From assembly GCA_020632555.1 (NCBI GenBank), contig JACKFI010000001.1, positions 1,750 to 65,749 of the forward strand: a stretch of DNA of 64,000 nucleotides. The letters run 5' to 3'. Within the stretch, counting starts at the first letter, position 1. Every line of letters starts with the position of its first letter. The notes under the pieces are model-generated. The model was not told the DNA's origin and made no database searches. It saw only the letters and a program-made list of their open reading frames with translations. The stretch comes from Candidatus Omnitrophota bacterium. Its GTDB lineage: Bacteria > Omnitrophota > Gorgyraeia > Zapsychrales > JANLHA01. Shown one piece after another: positions 28,887 through 39,200 of the stretch. The position numbers and the translations under genes are program-made.

Positions 28887-29195
28887 TCATTTTTTAAAAC
28901 GAATATTTCTAATAATAGCGACACAATTGACCATGCCAACCAAAACAGTCAAAACCAGCAAAGCATAACAAAAAACCAAATTCCAAACCCCCGGGCTCAT
29001 CGCGGGCATAAAAGGTCCGACCAACAAACGCAAAGCCCATAATCCTAAAAATACAGAAGATCCTGCCAACAAAAACAATAATACAGACAATAAGAAAGCA
29101 ATCAGAACAACATAGCTATTATATAAAAGCAAATTTCCTTTAGCGATCTTACTCGCTGCAATTCCAATGCGTTCCATAAACCTCCTTGGCGTCAT
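28887..29195 (-). CDS. Small membrane protein (2-3 TM), hypothetical
   Basis: Hydrophobic ORF filling the gap between the HD gene and the kinase. No known motif. Confidence 0.4.
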   Translation of the reverse strand: MTPRRFMERIGIAASKIAKGNLLLYNSYVVLIAFLLSVLLFLLAGSSVFLGLWALRLLVGPFMPAMSPGVWNLVFCYALLVLTVLVGMVNCVAIIRNIRFKK

Positions 29196-29200
29196 CCTCG

Positions 29201-29818
29201 TTATCGCTCAAACTTAACCACATTCTGCCACCACTGATGACTATCCCAATCTTTAATCGTCACCCACATTGCTTGGGCGCTTTTTGTTTTCAAATAATCC
29301 GGAGCCCGATTAAAAAAAATCTTAGCGCCTTGATGTCCACGATCATAATATTCTTTGGCCTGCAAAAGGCATTCTAAAATATCGGCATCCCGCGCCACAA
29401 TACTCTCCCGCGTCGTTTGCTCATCATAATCCCGGCGCATTCGCTCCAGTACTTGGCGAATATTCTCATCCAGATTAGTCATTTGATCTTTAAAAACTTT
29501 CTTTTCAGCCCCTTTAAAATCAATATAATAATGCCCCATTTTATGCAAATCATTAATACGGGCTTCATGAATATCATTAAACAGGGCCATCACCACAACC
29601 TTATACGGATCCAAATTTTCCAAATGCGCCAAATAAAATCCAATCACCGCTGTTCGAAATGAATGCTCAGCCACCGATTCCGGCTCTTTAATTCCAGCGA
29701 CCCACCAACCGCTGCGCTTGACGTGTTTTAAAAGACCAGCTTCCGCGAAAAAATCCACTGCCGCTGTCAATGACAAAGATGTCTTCTTCTTTGAACTTTT
29801 TCTTTTGTTTGGTTTCAT
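29201..29818 (-). CDS. HD-domain phosphohydrolase (YfbR-like)
   Basis: ESVAEHSF...H...FNDIHE...D metal-binding pattern. Start at ATG 29818 behind AAGGTAGAG, because the upstream gene ends at 29838. Confidence 0.75.
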   Translation of the reverse strand: MKPNKRKSSKKKTSLSLTAAVDFFAEAGLLKHVKRSGWWVAGIKEPESVAEHSFRTAVIGFYLAHLENLDPYKVVVMALFNDIHEARINDLHKMGHYYIDFKGAEKKVFKDQMTNLDENIRQVLERMRRDYDEQTTRESIVARDADILECLLQAKEYYDRGHQGAKIFFNRAPDYLKTKSAQAMWVTIKDWDSHQWWQNVVKFER

Positions 29819-29837
29819 CTCTACCTTAAAATATAGG

Positions 29838-30560
29838 CTATGCATTTTTACGCTGGCAAAAGATCTCGTAACACAAAATCGTCGTCGCGTGCGCGGCATT
29901 AAAAGACATCCGCGGATTGGCCATCGGGATTGTGACCGCAATATCCAAATGTTTGCTGATCACATTACGAATTCCTTTTTGTTCAGAACCAATCACTAAA
30001 GCCAACGGAAACTGAAATGTCGTTTGCGTCAAATCCTGACCATTTTCAACCACCGATCCAGCAATCCAAAAACCTTCTTCCTTGGCCTTGGTGATCGCTG
30101 CAGTGATATTGGCCACCTTCGCAACGCGAACATAATTGTCGCCTCCACAGGCGATGCGCAAAACAGTTTCGGTCACTTCCACTGAATGATGTGTCGGCAA
30201 AACTATATAAAAACCACCCAAACAACCCAAACTACGCATAATAGCCCCTAAATTCTGCGGGTCATTGAGTTCATCTAAAAAAACCAATGTCCCCTTTTGT
30301 TCTTTGACAACACTCAACATATCTGGAAAAGTTAAATACGAAAACCCTTCAATTTCAGCCAGCAAACCCTGCGAATTCACATTGCGCGCCAACTTCATCA
30401 TCTTGGAACCGGGCACCATGGTTACCGGTATGCCAAATTGCTTGGCTTTTTGATTGACATAGGTCGTTTCCGGATTCCCATGCTCAACAAAAATCCGTTT
30501 AATGCTGCGTGGATTTGACTTGATTCTTTCTAAAACAGGATTACGCCCGTATAATCTCAT
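29838..30560 (-). CDS. TrmH-family rRNA 2'-O-methyltransferase (RlmB-like)
   Basis: N-terminal SpoU substrate-binding-like region (LYGRNPVLE) and SpoU motifs (QNLGAIMRS, VIGSEQKGI). Confidence 0.8.
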   Translation of the reverse strand: MRLYGRNPVLERIKSNPRSIKRIFVEHGNPETTYVNQKAKQFGIPVTMVPGSKMMKLARNVNSQGLLAEIEGFSYLTFPDMLSVVKEQKGTLVFLDELNDPQNLGAIMRSLGCLGGFYIVLPTHHSVEVTETVLRIACGGDNYVRVAKVANITAAITKAKEEGFWIAGSVVENGQDLTQTTFQFPLALVIGSEQKGIRNVISKHLDIAVTIPMANPRMSFNAAHATTILCYEIFCQRKNA

Positions 30561-30832
30561 GGCAACATCTCCGAAACCGCACTGGGCGCGTTTTGATTTT
30601 GAATTAAATTCCGACGGGTATCTATCTTTTGCTGATAATCCTCTTCAACACGGTTCTTCTGTTCCAAATATTGCGCGTAACTGATTTTCTTTTGCAAATA
30701 GTCGGATTCCAATTGTTCTAACGTCGAGTTATATTCACTAAATTGCCGATCTCGAATAATATTCTTTAACGGCGTTTGTGCGCTACACCCCAAAATAAAT
30801 AAAAACCCAATCCCAATCAAAAACAACTTCAT
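30557..30832 (-). CDS. Small lipoprotein, hypothetical
   Basis: MKLFLIGIGFLFILGC lipobox at ATG 30832. Confidence 0.5.
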   Translation of the reverse strand: MKLFLIGIGFLFILGCSAQTPLKNIIRDRQFSEYNSTLEQLESDYLQKKISYAQYLEQKNRVEEDYQQKIDTRRNLIQNQNAPSAVSEMLP

Positions 30833-30916
30833 ATCCCCTCCCAAGTGTACGATCACATCATAACATTTTTATACCAGCAGCCACCGTCTAGCCACCAAAC
30901 CCTAACCCCACGACAA

Positions 30917-31672
30917 CTAATTTCTTATTAAAAAATGTCCCATACTTAAAAAGACCGGAAACATTGTCGCAATCACCAGCACCATTAAAATCAGAATAGA
31001 CAACCACACACATAACACATCAAAAATCCATCCCATTTCACTGCGGCGCGAACACAAATCTTTATACGCGCTGCGCTTACCAGCTTTCACTTTGCGATAC
31101 GCGCTCTCCTTAATCAACCCTTCGGTCTTATTCACATTGCCGCTTAAAATTTCATTGACAATACGAGAATACTCCAAATTGTATTCGCACTCGGCGGCAT
31201 TATGATATTGTGTTGCGTGCACCTGACGAAATTTCCAACCACATTTCGTACAATACGCATTATACGACATTCGAATATACAAAGAATCAATCACATCAAT
31301 CACAACCCACGGAATCATCAAAAAAGACGTTAAGTTCAAAGGTTGAACCAAAAGCCGCTTATAATCTCGACCCATCTTATAATGATTACGGCTAAAGAGA
31401 TATAAAAACTTAAACGTCCTGACCTTAAAATATGTTCCAATCACATACTGAGAGCGCAAATACTCACTCATCTCCCAGTCCAACAAAACCTTCTTTAAAA
31501 CTGAAACTTCCCGCTTAATGTCACTGCCAACTAAATTCGGATCAAAATCTTTGTCATCGCGAAATCCTAAAGTGTCATCTCGCTCGACTAACAATAAATT
31601 CGTATCACAATACAGGCATCGCTGTCGTTCATTATTATGAAAAACAATTTTGCAACGATTACATTTCTTCAC
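30917..31672 (-). CDS. Membrane protein with N-terminal CxxC...CxxC zinc-ribbon, unknown function
   Basis: CNRC...CLYC pair and a later CTKC pair, with TM segments mid-protein and at the C-terminus. Start overlaps the GT2 gene stop. Confidence 0.45.
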   Translation of the reverse strand: MKKCNRCKIVFHNNERQRCLYCDTNLLLVERDDTLGFRDDKDFDPNLVGSDIKREVSVLKKVLLDWEMSEYLRSQYVIGTYFKVRTFKFLYLFSRNHYKMGRDYKRLLVQPLNLTSFLMIPWVVIDVIDSLYIRMSYNAYCTKCGWKFRQVHATQYHNAAECEYNLEYSRIVNEILSGNVNKTEGLIKESAYRKVKAGKRSAYKDLCSRRSEMGWIFDVLCVWLSILILMVLVIATMFPVFLSMGHFLIRN

Positions 31673-32400
31673 TTCTTAATTCCAAATCCCAAATAAAAAA
31701 GCGGTTTTAAAATGCTCCACCAGCCGACAATCGGTTTCATTTTGGTGTAACCCAAACTTTTAGCCGGATAAATTTTGGTCACCGGCACTTCACAAAATCG
31801 ATAACCCAAACGGATCGTCTTAAAAAGCAAATAAGGTTCCAACTCATAGGTATTAAGCCACACCTGATCAATATCAATCCGGCAATCTTTGAACAAAGAT
31901 AAGCGCATCGCCCGAAAACCATTGGTGCTATCAGTCACTTTGCGCCCAACAAACAACGAAAGCAAAAACGGATGCAGGCGTGTCGCCCATTTGCGATAAA
32001 ACGGCATATCCCCGCCAATCCGATTACCTCCAATGTAACGGGAACCTTGAACCAAATCAAAGCCTTGATCAAAAATAGGCAAAAGCAATACCGGAATTTC
32101 ATCGGGATTATCTTTATCGTTTCCTGCCATAATCACCAAAACTTCATACCCTTGCTCTTGGGCATATTTAATCGCTGTCCGGATTGCTGACCCAACACCT
32201 TGCCGGTGAGAATGTTTAATCGTCTTGACACCTTGTGACGAGAAAGACGCAATCATCTGACTGGTTCCATCATCTGAAGCATCATCAATGATCAAATAAT
32301 CCGTGGTCCCATAAGCTGGAGATTTCAAAAACCGTTGAATAACGCTTTTTAACTTAACATTCTCATTATAAGCAACTGGGCACACCAAACACTTATGCAT
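31669..32400 (-). CDS. Family 2 glycosyltransferase (polyprenol-phosphate sugar transferase-like)
   Basis: GT2 pattern with IIDDASDDGT and MAGNDKD acidic motifs. Confidence 0.85.
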   Translation of the reverse strand: MHKCLVCPVAYNENVKLKSVIQRFLKSPAYGTTDYLIIDDASDDGTSQMIASFSSQGVKTIKHSHRQGVGSAIRTAIKYAQEQGYEVLVIMAGNDKDNPDEIPVLLLPIFDQGFDLVQGSRYIGGNRIGGDMPFYRKWATRLHPFLLSLFVGRKVTDSTNGFRAMRLSLFKDCRIDIDQVWLNTYELEPYLLFKTIRLGYRFCEVPVTKIYPAKSLGYTKMKPIVGWWSILKPLFYLGFGIKK

Positions 32401-32409
32401 AAGGAAAAA

Positions 32410-32982
32410 TCACTCTTTAAGACGAAGTTGATTATCTAAAAGCCGATACTGTTTGCGGCAAGCAGCGCAATCATAATCCGCGGAAAGTTTACGGCCACAA
32501 CGGCACGCATACCCCAAAGACCGGCTGGGATTTCCAGCGACAATTTCATAATCCGCGACATTTTTTGTGACCACAGCGCCCGCGCCGACAACCGCATACT
32601 GTCCGATGGTCACTCCGCATAAAATCACCGCATTGCTGCCAATTGACGCGCCCGTTTTCACCAAAGTCTTTTCCAAAACCCAAGGGTCCCGACGCACAGC
32701 CCGCGGATTTCTATCATTGGTAAAAGCGGTATTAGCGCCGCAAAAAACATTGTCTTCAATCGTCACGCCCTCAAAGACATTGACCCCATTCTTCAAAATC
32801 ACATGATTGCCAATCACGGCACCCTTTTCGATATAGCAGCCATCGCAAATATTACAGTCTTGGCCAATGACCGCGCCGTCGGCAATATTGACAAAGGCCC
32901 AAACACGGGTCCTCTCGCCGATTTGCGCTTGCGCGCTAATCAAAGCCTTTGAGTGACAAAAGAACTTTCTTTTCAGAATCAT
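32410..32982 (-). CDS. Hexapeptide-repeat sugar N-acetyltransferase (WlbB-like) with C-terminal Cys cluster
   Basis: Left-handed beta-helix repeats throughout. C-terminus CRCG...CAAC. Start at ATG 32982 in an ATGA overlap with the upstream oxidoreductase. Confidence 0.75.
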   Translation of the reverse strand: MILKRKFFCHSKALISAQAQIGERTRVWAFVNIADGAVIGQDCNICDGCYIEKGAVIGNHVILKNGVNVFEGVTIEDNVFCGANTAFTNDRNPRAVRRDPWVLEKTLVKTGASIGSNAVILCGVTIGQYAVVGAGAVVTKNVADYEIVAGNPSRSLGYACRCGRKLSADYDCAACRKQYRLLDNQLRLKE

Positions 32983-33995
32983 GCGATCACCTGCGGCATG
33001 CCGCCTTTTTCCATGGAACACTGCGTCGCGCATAATGTCCGTACCACGTGATAACCTTTTTGAGCATCCGCGCGATCTGGTTGTTTATTATTCATAACGC
33101 AATCGATAAAATACTGAGCCTGTACTTTGAGCGGTTCGTGAAAGCCCATATTAGGAATCGTAATGCTGCCTTCCCGGGATAATAATTGGAACTCCCCATA
33201 ACTTTCATAAAATTTGGCTGTGCGCTCAACATGCTTATCATACAAGCGAATCGGCCCCAAATTATCCAAATCATCCCAAACAACCATTTTTTTATCGCCG
33301 ACAATGGTAATCTGGCGAACTTTCTTGGGATCCAACCAACTGACGTGAATATTCACCAAAACTTTGTTGGGATATTCTAAAGAAGCAAAGGCCACATCCT
33401 CGAGGCTTTGACCAAGATATTTCTGACCACAAGCCGATACCTTCAACGCCGAAGAATCAAACAAATAATCAAAGATTGAAATATCATGCGGCGCCAAATC
33501 CCAGAGCGCATTGACATCATAACGAAACGGTCCCAAATTAGTCCGCTCCGAATGCGCGTACTGAATCGTTCCCAACTCGCCGGACTGAATATATTCTTTA
33601 AGCCGCACAATGCCTTGATTAAACACAAAAATATGACCCACCATCAGCAGTTTTTTTGTTTGTGCCGCAATGTCTTTCAATTTTAAACATTCTTGAGGAT
33701 CCAAAGCCAAAGGCTTCTCGCACAAAACATGTTTGCCATGTTCTAAAGCTTCTTTCGAAAATTGAAAATGCGTATTGGTCGGGGAAGCAATGCAAACCGC
33801 GTCGATTTCGCTGTTTTCAAGAATTTCAAGATAATTCTTAGTGGTTTTGATCGTCGGGAAAAGCGCCTGTATCGACTTTAACCGTTCTTGGTCCAAATCC
33901 GCGCACATCACAACTTGCGAATTGGCAATTTGACTAAAAATACGAATATGATTGGGCCCCCAATGGCCGCAACCGATAATGCCTAAACGAATCAA
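32979..33995 (-). CDS. Gfo/Idh/MocA-family sugar oxidoreductase (WlbA-like)
   Basis: N-terminal Rossmann motif [10 protein letters not shown]. 338 aa and coupled to the acetyltransferase. Confidence 0.85.
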   Translation of the reverse strand: MIRLGIIGCGHWGPNHIRIFSQIANSQVVMCADLDQERLKSIQALFPTIKTTKNYLEILENSEIDAVCIASPTNTHFQFSKEALEHGKHVLCEKPLALDPQECLKLKDIAAQTKKLLMVGHIFVFNQGIVRLKEYIQSGELGTIQYAHSERTNLGPFRYDVNALWDLAPHDISIFDYLFDSSALKVSACGQKYLGQSLEDVAFASLEYPNKVLVNIHVSWLDPKKVRQITIVGDKKMVVWDDLDNLGPIRLYDKHVERTAKFYESYGEFQLLSREGSITIPNMGFHEPLKVQAQYFIDCVMNNKQPDRADAQKGYHVVRTLCATQCSMEKGGMPQVIA

Positions 33996-34135
33996 AGCCC
34001 CCTCCTCGTATTTGATGATCCTTTATTTCCGACGGCCGCTGATGATCAACGGCAGAGGAAAATGATAAAAAGCTATCGCCATTATAGGCAATTTCCTTTA
34101 AGTTAAAAATAATAATCTTTTATATTTATAGTACA

Positions 34136-34666
34136 ATGCTCAAAGTGCAGAGCTTAGTTTATCCTATGAATACAAAAAAAACAGCCTTGTTAACAAAATT
34201 TACCAGAGAACATATCTTTCTCGTGACCGCATCTTTGGTTCTGATTTTTAATCTTTTCACTTTATCCCAACAAACCATCAAAATGGCAAAGATTCGCAAA
34301 CATATTCCCTACACATTTTTAGGCGACCGCTTTATGGGGCTTGACGCTTTTTTGGGACACGCTCCCCAGATTGGTTATTACACGGACAAAAATCTTGACG
34401 ACAATTTAAGCGCGCGGCAATTTGCACAAGCACAATTGATCTTGGCTCCAACGATTTTGGACCTCAACAATACCGCTCATGAATTTATTCTCTTTGATTG
34501 CACCTCTCCAAAAGCCGCAATACAAAAGATTCAAGAACTTGGCGCTCAAGCACTCAAAGCCAATCAATACGGTATTATTTTAGCGCGCAATCCCAATGTC
34601 AGCACTTTTCATAAGGCTGACACCAACAAAACTTTTGACCCAAGCCAACACCAACAAATCCCATGA
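34136..34666 (+). CDS. Membrane-anchored hypothetical protein
   Basis: One TM segment (IFLVTASLVLIFNLF). ATGA overlap with the next gene. The true start may be ATG 34166. Confidence 0.45.
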   Translation: MLKVQSLVYPMNTKKTALLTKFTREHIFLVTASLVLIFNLFTLSQQTIKMAKIRKHIPYTFLGDRFMGLDAFLGHAPQIGYYTDKNLDDNLSARQFAQAQLILAPTILDLNNTAHEFILFDCTSPKAAIQKIQELGAQALKANQYGIILARNPNVSTFHKADTNKTFDPSQHQQIP

Positions 34667-36015
34667 TCGTCGCCCCCTTTCTCATATCCAGCACAATCGG
34701 CATTCTTTTAATCAACCTTTTGTTCAAAAATGAAAAATCACCCAATGTGTATTTAAAAACAATCTTGGGAATTGGCTTAGGATTGGGCATCAGCAGTCAG
34801 CTGACTTTTTATAGCTTTTTATTTTTTAATCGTTTAATCCCCAACGCCATCATGGCCGCGCATGGGATTATTCTCAGCGTTTTACTGATCCAGCAATGGT
34901 TCATCTCTCGCACAACACCATTTACTTTTTCTTTACCCAAATTCAGTTGGAAGAATAGCAGCAGCATTCTATTGATTCTTATCGTTTTGATTTTTCTTAT
35001 CAAACAAGGATTGTTTTATCCCGACGGCGGCTGGGATGCCTGGCAGGTTTGGAATTTCAAAGCCAAATTTCTCTTATTGGCTGGCGAACAATGGCAAAAT
35101 TTATTTTCTCCCCAGCTCTGGCGCAGCAGTCCCCATTATCCATTGCTTTTGCCGCTGATCAATGTATGGGGCTGGCTGTGGACACCCAAAGCAACAAACA
35201 TCACCCCGCTAACAACCTCTATCCTTTTTGCTGTTCTCACTGGAGGATTATTAAGCAGTGCTCTCTGGGAGCAAAGCAAAAATATCTTTTCACTGTTGCC
35301 CGGTTTGCTTTTCTTAACTGTGCCATTTATTAACTTGCTGGCCACCACACAATATTGCGATATCGTGCTGTCGTTTTATCTTTTAGCGTCAATCATCGCA
35401 CTGTGCCAAACGCAAAAACAGCAACACAGTCCCTGGGCACTCTCGGCTGGACTCTTAAGCGGATTTTTAAGCTTTACCAAACCCGAAGGTCTTATCGCCA
35501 CGTTGATTATTAGTTTTTTAGTTGTCAGCTTACCTTTATGGGGAAAATTGCGCCAACTCAAAGATTTTTCCTTAGCTCATGCACAACTTTTTCTTTTAGG
35601 TTTGACCATTGCCTCTTTGCCAACACTAGCGTTTAACGTGATTTATTCACCCGGCAATCAAACCTTTGTCAATGGCTTAACCTCAACGCTTAAACCCGCA
35701 ACGTGGGAACGCTTTCAATTGGCCATGATCTTTCTACTGGCAGAATTAAAAAATGGGAAGTGGCATGGCTTATGGTTCTTGCTCTTGTTGGGATTTATTA
35801 TTGGCGGGAAAAAACTCTGGGACAAAAACACAATCATTACAGCTGGCTTTCTACTGCTCTATCTGAGCGTCATCCTCGCTTACTATCACATCAATACTTA
35901 CTTTGAAATCAAATGGTGGCTCTCGGTATCCCTTCACCGCATTCTATTCTCACTCTTACCGCTGTTTCTGTTCTGGGTTTTTGGAAGCCTGCTCAATAAA
36001 AACAATCGCTCTTAA
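34663..36015 (+). CDS. Polytopic membrane protein, possible GT-C (ArnT/PMT-like) glycosyltransferase
   Basis: At least 10 hydrophobic segments over 450 aa. The assignment rests on topology and context only. Confidence 0.5.
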   Translation: MIVAPFLISSTIGILLINLLFKNEKSPNVYLKTILGIGLGLGISSQLTFYSFLFFNRLIPNAIMAAHGIILSVLLIQQWFISRTTPFTFSLPKFSWKNSSSILLILIVLIFLIKQGLFYPDGGWDAWQVWNFKAKFLLLAGEQWQNLFSPQLWRSSPHYPLLLPLINVWGWLWTPKATNITPLTTSILFAVLTGGLLSSALWEQSKNIFSLLPGLLFLTVPFINLLATTQYCDIVLSFYLLASIIALCQTQKQQHSPWALSAGLLSGFLSFTKPEGLIATLIISFLVVSLPLWGKLRQLKDFSLAHAQLFLLGLTIASLPTLAFNVIYSPGNQTFVNGLTSTLKPATWERFQLAMIFLLAELKNGKWHGLWFLLLLGFIIGGKKLWDKNTIITAGFLLLYLSVILAYYHINTYFEIKWWLSVSLHRILFSLLPLFLFWVFGSLLNKNNRS

Positions 36016-36147
36016 TCAGCAAACACAAACAATCACTCTGTGGGGATTTGATTCTTGACTGCAGCAAAATCACCTGATGGTGTAATTTAGTCAGGTCTTT
36101 TTTACACCATGGTGTAAATTAGTCAAAAAATGCCGCGGATTTTTAAT

Positions 36148-36229
36148 AAACCCGGATTTTGCATTTCACTTTTTTGTGAGCAACGTATCATCGCGCTCTG
36201 TGCTGTAATGCAAAATTTGGGATAAAAAT
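36148..36229 (+). repeat. Y element copy 2 (uninterrupted hairpin repeat)
   Basis: CCCGGATTTTGCATT (36151..36165) pairs with AATGCAAAATTTGGG (36207..36221): 13 Watson-Crick pairs plus 2 G-T pairs on the + strand only. Confidence 0.85.
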
Positions 36230-36247
36230 GACGCAAGTGGTAATTTT

Positions 36248-39200
36248 CTAGTAAACTTCAGCTAAAGCAAAATTTTGACTTTGTTTTACAGATAAACCTA
36301 ATAACAGCGGAAGACTCACGGGAGTTGTTTGAATAATAATTGGCGTAATGCCGCTAAACGGAATAACCGTAGACGTTTCCGGGTCAAAAAGAATTACTGA
36401 AGAAGCAGGACGATCTGTTTGTTCTTCAAGTTGCCAATTCTGCGGATTTAAATCAATACCCCCGGGCGGCTCGACATCGAGAGAAGAACTAGCAGCTTTT
36501 GGGAGTTGAGAATTTTGCTTTTGATCTTTGAGCCAATCTTCAACTTTGGGTTTCAACAATTTCATCGCTTCCTCAAAACCCTTTCTTGACGTTTCTGCTT
36601 CCTCATGACGCACGCCTAAATTCCCAACCGTTTGCGCATACTCAAATTCTTTGCCCGGAATTTCAACAGCTAAACGCGTTTCATATCTGCCTCGTTCTTG
36701 ACTTTGCGTGACATGCAAATCAAATAATTTTCCGGAAATATTAATTTGTATTAAAAAATTAATTCTTTGATTCTCATACGCCGGTTCAATCAAATTTAAC
36801 CGCTTCGTTTGAATCTCATCTAAAGTAAGAACCTTCGTTGACTCTCCCAACGGAACAATGCCCCCGAAACCCTGACTACGCGCATTTTTGTTAAGTTCAA
36901 TTAACGCCTCGTCAAATACTTTTGAAAAATCTGTCCCACTTTGCCGAGCATAAAGATTTCCCCTCCACCCATTGGGTCGGCCGTTTTTATCAATACGGAA
37001 AACAACTGTTTTATGAGCTTCGTCTTTTATTTTTTCCCTACCCGACCAGGCTCTATCGTGCCCGCCAAATGCCTGAATAACCATATCAAACGCCTCACCT
37101 TGAACATTAACCGGAACTTGAACGGCCAGACTCTCCCCAAGAGCGTAAGACTTTTGTGCTAAAACTTCGCCGACGGCTTTTAAAATACTTTGTGCATTAT
37201 TTTTTTCAGATGTTGGCACTTGAGCTAACCGACGGTCAACCACCTCTTGCAAAGGGGTCTCTCCCTCTTTGCGCACCAAATCAACATCCCATGATTTATC
37301 AAAATCTTCATAAGACAAAACAAAAACATCATTCGGGTTATATTTCTTCCCAATAAAACCAGACAAAACATCTGCCGCCTTTTTCTGATCATCAGCACTA
37401 ATATTCTTACTGGGATCTTTTAATCCCGCCATAATTTCTTTTTGACTACCCGTAAAAGAAGGAGCCTCTGTGACCGACATCCCTATCGCCGGACCACCCG
37501 TCTCTTTATTAGGAACAATATTACTATTTAACCAAGACATATCCGCCGACTTCACCTCTGCGTCTGCTATACTCGCCCTTTTTTGCGCATCACTTTTAAC
37601 TTTGACCAAATCCGGCATTGTACTCTTGAGAAATTTCTTCATAAAATCAGTAAAAAACTGTCCCGACGGACCCTCTCGAAAAATATCAGTGGATAATTCT
37701 CTGGCCCGGGTGCGAACCTCAGGCAACTGGTTACGATCATATCGATCTGAAAAAATTCTTCGCAAATGATGGAGAAGCAAATCTCTATCCGTAAAATATT
37801 CGGCAAACTCACGATCATGCGAGACCTCGTGATATCCCATATGCGTTAAAAGCTTTTTTAGAAATTGCTGTTCTTCCTCTGTAAGTTTTTTCTTAACCTT
37901 TAACACTTCTTGTTGATACTGTTTGTCATGCTCATACAAAGCATGACCTTTTTCATGCTCCCGAACCGTGTGCTCATCCGCTTGTTCTAAATCATTAGAA
38001 TGGACCAAAATATTAACATCTTTGTCCCCGACAAATTTACCGCCTTGATTTTTTATCACTTGCTTTTTTTCTAAAAAATCTTTAAATTTCTTTTCTTGTG
38101 GCGTCAATCGATTGCCAGCCTGATTAAAAAACCTTGCCAACTCATTAGCCGTCGCATTATAAGCTGTAAACAACGAATCTTTCTTTTTCCCAAAACGATC
38201 AGAGTCTATATCCCCCGTCGATGTCAAAAGCTCGTCGACTTTCTGAGAGCTGACAACCTGACCTTGATAACCCGGATGTTCTTTCCAAACTCCAAAACGA
38301 TTTAACATCTCTCCCATTTTACTGATATTCGCAATAGCGACTTCCCATGTCCCCGGTAAGCCTTTAACAGCCTGCATACCAAAATCCTGACCAAAAGCAA
38401 TCTCAACTTGAGGCTGCGCGGCAATCGAAGGCGCAAAACTATCTTGCGCAAAACTATACGTTACTGGGGGCGGTTCTTCAATTGTCATTGTTCTAAACGT
38501 AGCCCTCTCTTCCTCAACCTCTTGCATTGCTCTCGAAAGCAGCTGGCCAGGAAGAACCTCGACAACCTCACCATTTGCGCCTAACAAATAATGATTCGCG
38601 GCTTTTAATTGTTCTTTCGATAGACCAAAAGGATTTCTAGGATCACCGCCTTCTTGAGGATTGATAAACTCCGTAGTCAGATTCGAAGACAAAGAATCAT
38701 TTGGATCTAAAAACCCTTCCCCTAAAGGTTTTCCATCGATGCGCATTATTAACGGTTTTACTTCTTGTTGTTCTTCAGAGTTTTTTGCTTGTTGCTCAAC
38801 AGATTTCTTTAGATCTGGAAAACCTACCAAAACCGCCTCTAATCTTGGTGCTGCTTCAATCGGCCGAGTTTCACTTCCCTGTGGCCCCCACCAAGCCATC
38901 ACGGATAAATGAAATAATAGAGACGTGCTTAAAGCGGCAACAAACCCACGATTTTTACCCCCACGATTTAACCCCAGATATGTCAGCACTTGATAGGCCT
39001 TACCCTTTTGTACACTTTCAACTTCTACGGCACTGCCGGCGACGGTAAGTTGGGTTTGCAAATTTGTCACTGTAATCCCGCCGGAGAAATACTTCTTTGG
39101 AATCATCTCCTGCGTCAACGGATCAATATCTTCTTTAATAATATTGTAAATTCCCTTCTCGAAAGATTGGACATAATCATCATAAATTCTTTCCTTCAAA

